From assembly GCA_010093815.1 (NCBI GenBank), contig ML996570.1: DNA of 64,000 bases; one strand, written 5' to 3'. This stretch comes from Pseudovirgaria hyperparasitica (Eukaryota). The notes under the pieces are model-generated. The model saw only the letters and a program-made list of their open reading frames with translations. It had not been told where the DNA came from and did not search any database. Positions 25,074-35,841 of the stretch are shown piece by piece. The first letter of the stretch is position 1. The number at the start of each line of letters is the position of its first letter. The translations under genes were made by a program, and so were the position numbers.

Positions 25074-26108
25074 CTTTCCTCGGTGTAGAACTGCGCGGCC
25101 GATTCTTTTGTCGTCTGGAGTCCTTTCTTGAGGAGCAAGTATGAAGCGTGCGGAGGAACGCCCGGCTTTGAATGGGATTGTAATGTCTCTGAACGAAATG
25201 CAGAAGCGAGCTTCACGACCGGATGACGCTGTATATGTATGGATGTATGTACGTATGCTATAGATAATTATGCTCAAGGGCCCTCCGCCTCCATCGGCCC
25301 AGCCCGGACAAACTCTCTCGGCACGACGCGCGCGGAGCAAAGGAGCAACGAAAGAAGCAGTGAAAATGGCGGATCTTGCGTCATGCAGCATTGCGCCCGC
25401 GCCTCCCCACGCAGGCCATACCAAAAGCAGGCGAACTAGGGAGAGGCAGGCCGGGCTGAATTAGACGCCTGGGGTTCGGCTGCGATTAGTTATCAGTGTG
25501 GGTGTTATTGGGTGCTATACTTCAGGTGTTGTATTATAGAAGACGTTATATATAGATATCTCGTGGGTTGGTTGGTGCTGTTGCCTTGCTTGTGTCATCC
25601 ATCCATTCTCGTACTGCCTGCGCACGTGGAGGGCGGGGCTGAGGCGCTGGTTGGGCGGGAGGACACTCCGAGTGATGGCTACGGGCTGCGCTTGGTAGTG
25701 GGTTGCATGAACTCCCGGGACTTCGGGTGTGCAGACAATTGATATTGGGGTGTTGACGCATGTGAGGCATGTACACGCGGAAGTGCTGCTGAATGGAGGA
25801 TATGAGCTTGCATGACTGGGTCGAGCCAAGGCTTGGGTGGTATGTCTGCATTATCGCGATGTGGATTCCTTCGAGTGGGGAGACAGGATCAATAGGGCTA
25901 TTAAATTCTCGTTCATCACAGAGCTCTGTATCTACATTACTCCCCGGTCGCTCTCGCCTCGCTGCGGCTGAGCGTCCCCAGTCGCTCATCTATACTTTTG
26001 ATCGTGTGACTGCAGGCCGAGCAGGAGGCGGAGGACTGTCGCTTCGAAGATGCTGGGCCAAAATAATAAACTAACAAACGCCGACAACAAGACTGTGATG
26101 TAGGATAG

Positions 26109-27663
26109 TCATGAGTTTAGCTGCACGTAGTTACCTGGTGGATGGTTAGCTGACATCGAAAGAGAAGGCTTCCAAGTTGCGCAAGACGTACCAGGGAATT
26201 GCCCTTGCCGCGTTCCGATTTTCCCTGTCCACCACTCATTTTCGTTCTGCGTTCGCTGCACAATCTCAATCACCTCGCCAGTTGAGAAACTCAGATCGCC
26301 ATGGGCTTGTGCTTCGTAGTCATATAATGCCGTCACGGTCTCTGCTGCCGTGGGTGCTCCGCTAAGCCTCGAGGGTTTCGGTTTCGGTGGTGGTGGTTTC
26401 GACTTGGCTACCGTGCCCCAATTCGCACCCGACACAGGAGGTGATGTCGTTGAGCTAGGAGGGCTATATGGTGGGGGAGCACTCTCCTTGCCGTCTGACA
26501 AGGAGCTTCTCCCCGAGCCTTGAGTCAATAGCTTAGGTTCACGCTTGTTTTCAAGCGCGTATTTACTCTGGCCATATCGGGACTGATTCAACTTCCTTTG
26601 CCCTGTAGTCTTGAATTTGACGATTGAGATAGCCTCTGCTTGGGCTTGGGTGTCGCCACGCTTCTCCTCAAAGGAGTCCTCAATAGCCAAAGTAAGGTTG
26701 AAATAACCAATGTCGATGTCTTGCATCTTCTCGTGAAGGGTATAAAAGATGTTTAGCTGCATGTAGTAGAAAGACTGAAATAGCGGACGTATGAACTCGC
26801 GTTCGAGTCTGAACAGCTGTGGTAGCTCCTCCTTGAGCACATTGTTGAAATATTCATAGTCTTGGGTCGCCAGCTCGACGTCGTTCTCAGCCTTATAGAG
26901 GGCCTTTTCGTCCTTGAGTGTCTTCTCTTTCTTGTCCTGAAGTTTTTTGAGCGTGGCACGATGTCGATCGTAGTCCAGTTGTTTGTGGTCTCGTTTCACC
27001 GCCGATTTTCGAATGACCTTTACGATTTCAAGCAACTCCTCGGCGGGTTTGACGATTCTCGACTCAATCATTTCCAGCTCCGGCGCTAATGTGGCCTGGA
27101 GCTCTTTGACAATAACTTCATATTCTTCACAGGCGCGTATGCCCTCCGGGTTGCCTTCGGCTACAAAAGAGTCGGGATCGGACATTCGACCAGAGATAGG
27201 TTTGTATATTTCCGCGATAGCTCTGGAGAATTCAATCTGGTGGGACAGCATGCCTGCATCCAGTCAGTTCTTAGTCAAAGCATCTTTGCTCATGGTATCG
27301 ACGAACCGTTGATGGAGTCAAAGTACCTGGGAATGATTAGCTTGTGCCATAGACCCTCGCCACTGATCCTTACTTCTTGGATTCATCGTGTAGTTTCTTC
27401 GTCTCCTGCTCCAACTCTTGGAAACGCCTTTCAGCGTCGATGTAGATGGGATCTTTGGATATTTCCCCCTGAGCTGCATCAGTAACCCCGCGTCGACTCT
27501 ATCCATCTACGCAGACGGTCATTTGAGGTGGGCAGGCTCACAATATTGAAGCGGCTCTTGACTGTTTGAGGGGCCTATATATCACTAGATTAGAGTCACC
27601 GAGTAAAGCATCGTCGTGGTTACTCACTCGGGTGATACCCTTGGTGAAGCCTTTCCAACTCAT
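26109..27663 (-). CDS. RVS167: Amphiphysin N-BAR + SH3 endocytic adaptor Rvs167/Hob1
   Basis: Spliced N-terminus [46 protein letters not shown] domain; SH3 [15 protein letters not shown]...WWTG...GQFP|GNYV; last intron 26191-26135. Confidence 0.95.
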
Positions 27664-28453
27664 GGTTCGCAAAGGTGGGGAGGGAAGAGGATACGGGTAT
27701 CAGAGAAATCTAAGATTGCAGATGTGTAGCAGATAGTGAGAAGAGATGCGACTGGTATAGCGCTGCCTAGTATATAATTCGCAATGCGCGTTGTGTCCCA
27801 GGGTGGAGTGTCGTCCGTTGGGTCGTCAGCCGAGCAGAGCAAACCTGGGCTATGACGATGGTTGTGGCTGAGCTGCGCGCGCAATGCTAAGGCTTGGTTT
27901 ACGTGTGTAGTGAGGCACTGAAAGTATGGCTCGGTCTTGAAGTTTAATGTTCATAACTTATGAGAAATTGCAATTGTAAAACTCACGAAGAACGCTACAA
28001 CGACACCGCAATGCTATGCGCAGGATTCATGCGTATTCAGTGAACGGCACCAGGGTCACTGTGATTGTGAGCCACAGTCGCCTGGCCTAATGTGGCGTCA
28101 ACCGCGAATCCATGGACCGATCGTTTAGAACCTTGACCTGCGAAATCAACCACTTTGTATCCATCTTGCGCAGTTTGTGCACGTTTCACATGCAATTTGT
28201 ATGTAGGGATCCGACTTGTCATGGCTACCCTGCATCATGCAGAACTCCCTCCTTGAGACTGTTTCACAAGAAGACTCCCAGCACGTGACTACAATCTTAT
28301 CAGATCAATCTGAGTCAGCGCTCCCCGCAAATATTTCGAATACATTTGTCACCATGCGTCGCGTACCAAAAAGAGCTTCTCTCATCGTCACAACTATCAT
28401 CCTTCGCCCCTTCAACTCTCCTCGCACCCTTTTCCAACTTCACACACTCCGAC

Positions 28454-30230
28454 ATGTCTAATGTAGCCCCTACAGTCGTTCGACAAGCTTTCAGAACCTG
28501 CTCTCGCAGACCTTCATATCAAACACATCCTTCCGCCACCTCGCGCATCACATCATGCATCGCCTCTCGATCACAGGGACGTCGGTCCTACGTTTCCGAG
28601 TCGAAACCAGCACAAGCGACCGTTAACATTGAGACCACAATCAAAGCAGATCAAAGAGCGTTCCTTAATCAGACCGGCAAGCGACCTCAAGATGAGATAA
28701 TGCCAACAACTGGCATGAGTGCAGACGCAATGATGAGTCCAGCAGCGGGTACGACATCAGATTGCTTCATCAAATTTGCCTTGTACGCTGACAGCTTGTG
28801 CTTAGGTATACTCAAGCAAGCCACGGTGATGGATGAAGGCACTAGGCCAATATACCTTGACATGCAAGCAACAACGCCATTAGACCCACGTGTATTGGAT
28901 GCTATGCTCCCGTTTTATACCGGCCTGTATGGTAATCCTCATTCCCGAACTCACGCATACGGATGGGAGACAGATAAGGCCGTCGAACAGGCCCGAGAAC
29001 ATATTGCTAATCTCATCGGCGCTGATCCAAAAGAAATCATATTCACTAGTGGCGCAACCGAGAGCAACAACATGAGTATCAAAGGTGTGGCACGCTTCTT
29101 TGGTCGTGGAGGCAAGAAGAAGCACATCATTACCACACAAACGGAACACAAGTGTGTACTTGACAGCTGTCGTCACCTTCAAGATGAAGGCTTCGACATC
29201 ACTTATCTTCCCGTCCAAAATAATGGCTTCGTCAATATGGAACAGCTGGAAGCAGCTATTCGACCTGACACTGCACTCGTCAGTATCATGACCGTTAACA
29301 ACGAAATTGGCGTTATCCAGCCTGTCGACGAGATTGGGAAGCTCTGTCGGTCGAAGAAGATCTTCTTCCATACAGATGCTGCTCAAGCCGTTGGCAAAAT
29401 CCCAATCGATGTTAACAAGATGAATGTAGATCTCATGTCCATATCTGGCCATAAAATCTATGGTCCCAAGGGGATCGGTGCGTGCTATGTTCGTCGACGA
29501 CCACGTGTCAGACTCGATCCCATCATCAGCGGTGGTGGTCAGGAGAGAGGTTTGAGGAGTGGAACTTTGGCTCCACCTCTTATCATTGGCTTTGGAGAGG
29601 CTGCCAGAATTTGCAGCGAAGAAATGGAGGTATGTAAAGCACCCGTCCATCCAAACTCCCTCCCTCCTCAGATGATTATAAAAACCTATACATGCATGGC
29701 TTTCTGAGCACTCTGTGCGATGTTGCTATATAGTACACGTATGATTCCTTCGAGCATACACACAAGTACACCGTCTATTGTCCGAACACATCATTGACTA
29801 CTAGCAGTACGACTCCCGCCGGATCAAGAAGCTATCCGATCGCCTACTGAAGGAACTTCTTGCTCTCGAACACACCAGTCAGAATGGTGATCCTCAACAC
29901 CGTTATCCTGGTTGTGTAAACGTATCTTTTGCCTACGTCGAAGGCGAATCACTTCTTATGGCCCTAAAAGACATTGCTCTGTCATCCGGTAGCGCGTGTA
30001 CCTCCGCTTCACTAGAGCCCAGCTATGTGCTTCGCGCATTGGGTAACAGCGATGAAAGTGCTCATAGCAGCATACGTTTTGGAATCGGACGATTCACTAC
30101 GGACGCCGAGATTGATTATGTGCTGGACGCAGTGAGGAAGCGAGTGACTTTCTTGAGAGAGCTCAGCCCATTGTGGGAACTTGTCCAAGAAGGCGTTGAC
30201 TTGAATACCATTCAATGGAGTCAGCATTAA
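28454..30230 (+). CDS. NFS1: Mitochondrial cysteine desulfurase
   Basis: Arg/Ser-rich presequence; [20 protein letters not shown] (PLP Lys), [15 protein letters not shown] (catalytic Cys), ends IQWSQH; introns 28749-28805 and 29630-29807. Confidence 0.98.
29668..29756 (+). ncRNA. Candidate intronic box C/D snoRNA with an 18S rRNA guide
   Basis: Inside the 178-nt NFS1 intron 2: C-like ATGATTA 29672-29678, guide ACATGCATGGCTT 29690-29702, CTGA 29704-29707, C'-like ATGATT 29741-29746. The guide is the exact reverse complement of 18S AAGCCATGCATGT. 3' boundary uncertain. Confidence 0.72.
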
Positions 30231-30653
30231 TGAATCTATTGACGGAGCACACGGTGGATGCATGAAATTGGGATCGTTTACCTCTGAATATATTCAGCGA
30301 CTGTACAAACTCTACCTCAGATACCCTTTGATGGATGCTATATGTATAATAAACACACACCATGCACGAGAATTGCGTGCTTACAATATTCCGTACGATG
30401 TTAATATACGAACCGTCATGCGTGAGCATTCGTTGTTGCTATCCATCATTCTGAAGTCTTGGCTCTGACGCCTTCCCCGCCGACACTCCCGATCATCAAC
30501 TTCGAATTGAGTGCTACAGTCCCACACCATGCGAGTTGGATGCAACGACGTCTGCATACCGCACCACAACACCCCAATGCCCGGTATTCAGCGATTCGAA
30601 ATCTGATATGAGTGGTAGCTTATCATTCGTATCCTATCTTACGGCCAGTCATC

Positions 30654-32589
30654 ATGTCGGCTTTGCCTGACAGCGTACTGAACTGGCTCTACGGCCAGCT
30701 CTCCACAGTAGGTCCTAAGCTTAACAACTCGTTGTTGTTCTAACGTGCAGTCTAGAGCTATCTGGACGCCAATCGTACATACTCTGATATCGTCGAATCC
30801 CTCTCGAATTATCGGTCCCTGCGACCGCGAACCGAAGTTTACAGTAGGCTGCTACCCTTTAAGGCCACACAAACTACGTAGCTAAGAGATTCCAGCATAT
30901 GAGAATGGACAATCGGCCTTATTCATAAATATAAGCGGTACCATACCTGTGCAATTTAGGGGCGTAGTCTACAGATTTCCCGTCACGATATGGGTGCCAT
31001 ATGCGTACCCAAGAGAAGCGCCAATGGTCTACGTGACGCCCTCACAAGATATGGTAGTCACACCAGGTCAGCATGTTAGCGGAGATGGAAGAGTGTATCA
31101 TCCGTATCTAGCGCAATGGGGACAATACTGGGATGTAAGTTGGAATGAACAGTTACTACTAGGATTGGGCACCTGGAGACTTGAGAGAACAACAGCTTAC
31201 TTTGTCAGAAATCTTCGCTTTCAGATTTCATATCCGTCCTCCGGGGCGTCTTTGCGAAAGAACCGCCAGTGAGAACGAAACAGCACCCGCAGTTTACGTC
31301 TCCACAGACCACACAACCTTCACCTCAACCTCCTCCCGTCCCGCCGCCACCGGAGGAGCTTCGAAGAGCAAACCATCATACGCCTACGCCTGCCAATACG
31401 ACCCCCTCGAATGGAGCTCCACAGCCTCCGCCAAAACCCCCAAAGCCTTACTCCTCCACTGGATCCCCTATTCCAGGTTCCGCCCCTCCACCGCCCCCAA
31501 AGCCGCCTCATTCATCGCAGCAGGATTATACACAGGTCCAACAACGTCATAGCTGGCAGCAAGCTCATGATCTACAAGCTCCACAACAGTCCCAGAGCCA
31601 ACACCCTCCTCAGAGACAGTCCTCTTTATCTCAGCCTCCACGTCCGCAGATCCAACCACAGTATAATCGCCAGGGCCAGTTCAGTAGCCCTGTGAGTCCC
31701 ATAACTCCGATATCTGCACCTCGCGGACCTGTACCTCAATTCCAGCAACAACAACCACAACCATACCAACCGCAAGTGCATTCCGGACTACGACAATCTC
31801 AACAAACTCTACACGACACAGCTCTTCCTCAGCCACACCCGCACTACCACCCTTCAGGCCATCTGCAACATCAATCATATCCATCTCAACCACAACCACA
31901 CTCTCAATCACAGCCGTCCAAACCAAAGCAGCCCATCCCTGACCTACTTGATGCTCCCTTAGACGTCACCCTTCCCTCCCAAGACCCATCGCACGCCCAT
32001 CTCCCGGCTCCTCCCATTCCCCCGAACCCTGAGAAAGACGCCCTCCTTCGTACCCTCTCTACTGCTCTTACTTCACGCATAAGCACCACCATAAATGCCA
32101 ACACGGCCGCCATCCCTGCTCTTCGAAGCCAGCAGACCGCACTCGGGCAAGCGCACAATCAGTTGCAGTCTGAACTCCATGAGCTACAACAGCTGGACGC
32201 AACACTTGCCGCAAATGAGCAGATAATTCGAGAGGCAATGCTGACAGCGGATCGGGTTATGGACGAAGCGAAACGCCGGAAGGTACCAGATGTTGATGAG
32301 GTATTGGTCGCGCCAACAGTGGTAGGTGGACAATTGTACACCTTATGTGCAGAGGAGAGAGCTGTTGGAGATGCCCTATTTGTGCTTGGGCGTGGGCTGG
32401 ACCGAGGGAGGGTGGGTGCTGATATATTTGTCAAGGTAAGTCTGCAGAGTCGACTCTACGGTGTTAGTGTTGTATTAATCCGATATCTAGCAAACACGAA
32501 GTCTGGCGCGCGAGCAGTTCTTGAAGAAGGCGTTGATCAAGAAGATTGCGCGCGGCATGGGGCTCGAGGTGTATGACTACGGACGATAG
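30654..32589 (+). CDS. VPS23: ESCRT-I subunit Vps23/TSG101 (UEV, Pro/Gln-rich linker, coiled coil, steadiness box)
   Basis: Introns 30708-30755, 30844-30895, 31135-31208, 32436-32490. GTIPVQFRGVVYRFP..WVPYAYP..P.VYV, GRVYHPYL, FVK|QTRSLAREQF. Confidence 0.95.
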
Positions 32590-33375
32590 AGGCTCTGATG
32601 CCGGTGTTCGCACATTTACGATCCTTTGCAGCTCTCTCAAACACAGCTGTGCGGCAACTTGACCGAACCTGTTAGAAGCGTACCGAACCACAGTGAACTT
32701 CAGAATTTCCAATGGAGGCCTCCGCTATCATAAGAATATCCAAATGCACCATTGGAATGGGCACTGGCGTCTGATGGGCATGCTTTGCTTGATCTAACAC
32801 CTTGCTAGTGACGACGCCAATGTCGAGGCCTCGGGCGGATCCCGTGACGTGAGCCACACGACGCAGAGGACTGTTCTGGCTCCTACGTGAGTGAGAATAG
32901 ACATAAATGAAACGTCGAAGGTGGTCATCTTGCTAGGAATTTCGATTCCTAGCTATGTCTTTCTGGCCATATGAAGTCAAGCATCACTTGGGCGCTGGTC
33001 AAAACAGAGCCTCAGTCTCATGCTAATTGTAAGACCTCTGGCAGGCGATCTACTAAGAACATTCGCCGTACCAATGCATACAAACAACCGACTTTGAGTC
33101 CTTCGAGATGAGATGACTTTAGGTTTGCGACCAAAGTTCACACTGTGTAATGAATCATATGTCGGCGCAGATGGAAACAGAATAGTCTCCCAGTCCCCAA
33201 AAAGACAGAGTAGGCTGTCAAACAAAGAAACCATCTACTGGTGCAGAGTTACACCCATGTAGCAACCTGCAACGTGACGTCAGACTCCAGCCACAGCTAG
33301 AATATAGAATGTATTATGGCATAGCTCCAGGTCCTGATTTTCCCCAATGGTCACACCTTCCACTCGAATGACAAC

Positions 33376-35217
33376 ATGTCTGATGAATACAGCTATGAGA
33401 GAATTGACACAGATAGGCGCGAGATACGTCTACTCGTAATTCACTGTCCGCCGGGAACAAACAGTGATTTGGTTTGCTGCGACTTCAAGTATATCTCGCT
33501 TCTTGACGACCCAGTTACAGAGTACAAAACCATATCTTATGCCTGGGGCGCCGACTATCCAAAGGCGAAGATATCTATCGGGGGTAAACAACTTGTTGTA
33601 CCCCTGAATGCCGAAAAGGCGCTTCGATGCTTTCGACTGCCCGATCAGGACCGCGTACTATGGATTGACGCCGCGTATATCAACCAAGCAGACGACGGTG
33701 AAGATGGCGAAAAGGGACCTCAAGTCCGGTACATGAGTCTGATATATTCGAAATCTCAGGGAAACCTAGTGCATCTTGGTGATGACGCTGATGGGCTTGG
33801 AGGATTAGCGTTCAAGACGGTGCGATACCTGCGAGACAACAGACTGAGCATGCTTGACGATGATGCGATCAAGCCGGACTCCGACGAGGCGAGAGCACTC
33901 TCCAGCCTGTTCTCCTGCCCGTGGTTCTGTCGTGCTTGGGTTGTGCAGGAAGTAGTCCTTGGAGGCCCGGCACATTGCTTCCTCGGCACACACGACATCT
34001 GGATCAAGGCATTTCTAGAATGTGCGCTCTTTGTCGGCATGGAGAGAAAATGGCAAAGTGATGCAGGTCAGCTTGCCGAGAAGTTCGGTCGCAGTGCTGC
34101 TATGGCTATAGACAACTTGATCACCCTACGCGATGTTCGCCAAAAATACAAGGAAGGGTGGTCTGGACTTCAGGAAAAGCCTGATATTGCAACACTGCTG
34201 CAGAGGAGAAGACAGTGCAAGGATCCAAGAGACATGGTGTATAGCATTGTCGGTCTCTGGGATCCAGATGTGACACGCGATATACCACCACGGCTGAGGA
34301 TTCGATACGAGGCCTCGGTGCCGGACGTGTACAGATCGACAACAAGGTATTCTATTCGAACCCGGGACGGTCCGTACATCCTGCATCAGGTTGCTCATCG
34401 AACGGATGGGGACTTAGAGGAAAATGACATACCAGCATGGGCATATCAAGAGAACGGTACGGTCGAGGAGCACAATTTCCCCACTTGGGTACCTCGTTGG
34501 GACCGTGATACAGAAGAAGGTGCACCACATGACCTGAGTGTACATTTCAAATGCTGGCATCCGTGGAATGCACTGGTCAAGCGCGCAGACAAATGCGAGG
34601 ATTCTATAGCGAACATTCTAACTCTCGATGGGATTATGATCGATACTGTCAGCGCAGTGACCTCACCTCTCCGAGCGGACCAACAGCGTGATCCTGTTGC
34701 ATTGCACAGCTTCGTGGAAGCTGTTGAGAGGATCACAAGAGGAGTTATGGACGGGGATGTCACAGATTCGGTCGCAGAGACACTCATTGCAGGGTGTCAG
34801 AATCCACACAAACTCGCTACAGCAGAACACTGGGCTCCATATGAGACATTCCGAGAGCATCTTACTCAGATTGTAAAGACTGGGGTGGACATGCGCCTTC
34901 CGCAAGCTATGCATGCGGGAGGAGGCAGGAAAGCTTATTTCACACGACTTGTGACCGCGTGTCTCTGGCGTCGGTTCATAGCCACAAAGGATGGACATCT
35001 AGGGCTTGCGCCGCGGGCGACAAGGGAGGGTGATGTCCTAGTGGCTCTGCGGAACGGCATGTGGCCTTTTGTGCTGAGGCCTATGGTAAGCGAGAGCGGT
35101 GTAGAAAGCAAGTATCAATTTCTCGGCCAAGCATATCTGAGAGGATTCATGCAGGGCGAGATTGTGCAGCAGTGTACTGATGGAAGAAGAGAGACTCAAA
35201 CGTTCAGTATGGTATAA
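33376..35217 (+). CDS. Heterokaryon incompatibility HET-domain protein (HET-6-like)
   Basis: EIRLL, YKTISYAWG, LWIDAAYINQ, QVRYMSLIYS, WFCRAWVVQE, DPRDMVYSIVGL, PTWVPRW, GLAP...GD, GQAYLRGFMQGE; intronless. Confidence 0.93.
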   Translation: MSDEYSYERIDTDRREIRLLVIHCPPGTNSDLVCCDFKYISLLDDPVTEYKTISYAWGADYPKAKISIGGKQLVVPLNAEKALRCFRLPDQDRVLWIDAAYINQADDGEDGEKGPQVRYMSLIYSKSQGNLVHLGDDADGLGGLAFKTVRYLRDNRLSMLDDDAIKPDSDEARALSSLFSCPWFCRAWVVQEVVLGGPAHCFLGTHDIWIKAFLECALFVGMERKWQSDAGQLAEKFGRSAAMAIDNLITLRDVRQKYKEGWSGLQEKPDIATLLQRRRQCKDPRDMVYSIVGLWDPDVTRDIPPRLRIRYEASVPDVYRSTTRYSIRTRDGPYILHQVAHRTDGDLEENDIPAWAYQENGTVEEHNFPTWVPRWDRDTEEGAPHDLSVHFKCWHPWNALVKRADKCEDSIANILTLDGIMIDTVSAVTSPLRADQQRDPVALHSFVEAVERITRGVMDGDVTDSVAETLIAGCQNPHKLATAEHWAPYETFREHLTQIVKTGVDMRLPQAMHAGGGRKAYFTRLVTACLWRRFIATKDGHLGLAPRATREGDVLVALRNGMWPFVLRPMVSESGVESKYQFLGQAYLRGFMQGEIVQQCTDGRRETQTFSMV

Positions 35218-35841
35218 TGGTCTCTGATCAAGACGAGTCTGAGCATCTTTCAATGTCGAAAAAGAAGAGGGTCTTTTGATAGGCACCGTTTCAAGGGTCA
35301 CAAATCAAAGACACAGACACAGATAGCAAGGACTTTGATGGTTATTTGGCCCCTCAGATGGTTACGAGGACGGGCGCAGGAGGTGAGCTGCGCTTTGGTT
35401 TAGGATTCGGAATACGAGATTAGACCCACGAGCAAGGCTGACTTTAACCGGAGACGTAATACATAGTCCGATCCGAGTCAACAACATAGAGGCTGTGCAT
35501 ATCACCGACGGCGCAACACCGACCCGACCCCGTTCTAGCTTCTATATCAAGCTGATGCCAAGCCATCGCCAAGGATACACAACAGAGCTTGGTATGTCTG
35601 GCAGCCGCGGAATTGGGGCGGAGCCCAAATGCTAAGACTGTATATGGCATTGCTTGCGTTATGCTAATTGCGCGGGCTATGATACGCTTCGTTCAATTCT
35701 CGTGATATCAGCGCCCAGTAATCCTGACGCGTATACCTCTCTCTCTGCTTTGGAAATGACCATCTACTATATAAACAAACACATATACGGCATGAACCTC
35801 TCGGCACCTTCAGCAATTTATTCCCTTTATCTATAGCGAGC

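Noticed and set aside
28346..28453. Upstream in-frame extensions in the ORF track (NFS1, FMP27, APH, AA7, decarboxylase)
   Set aside because: Most begin at non-ATG codons or lie in leader-like sequence; downstream ATGs have good context and match family N-termini.
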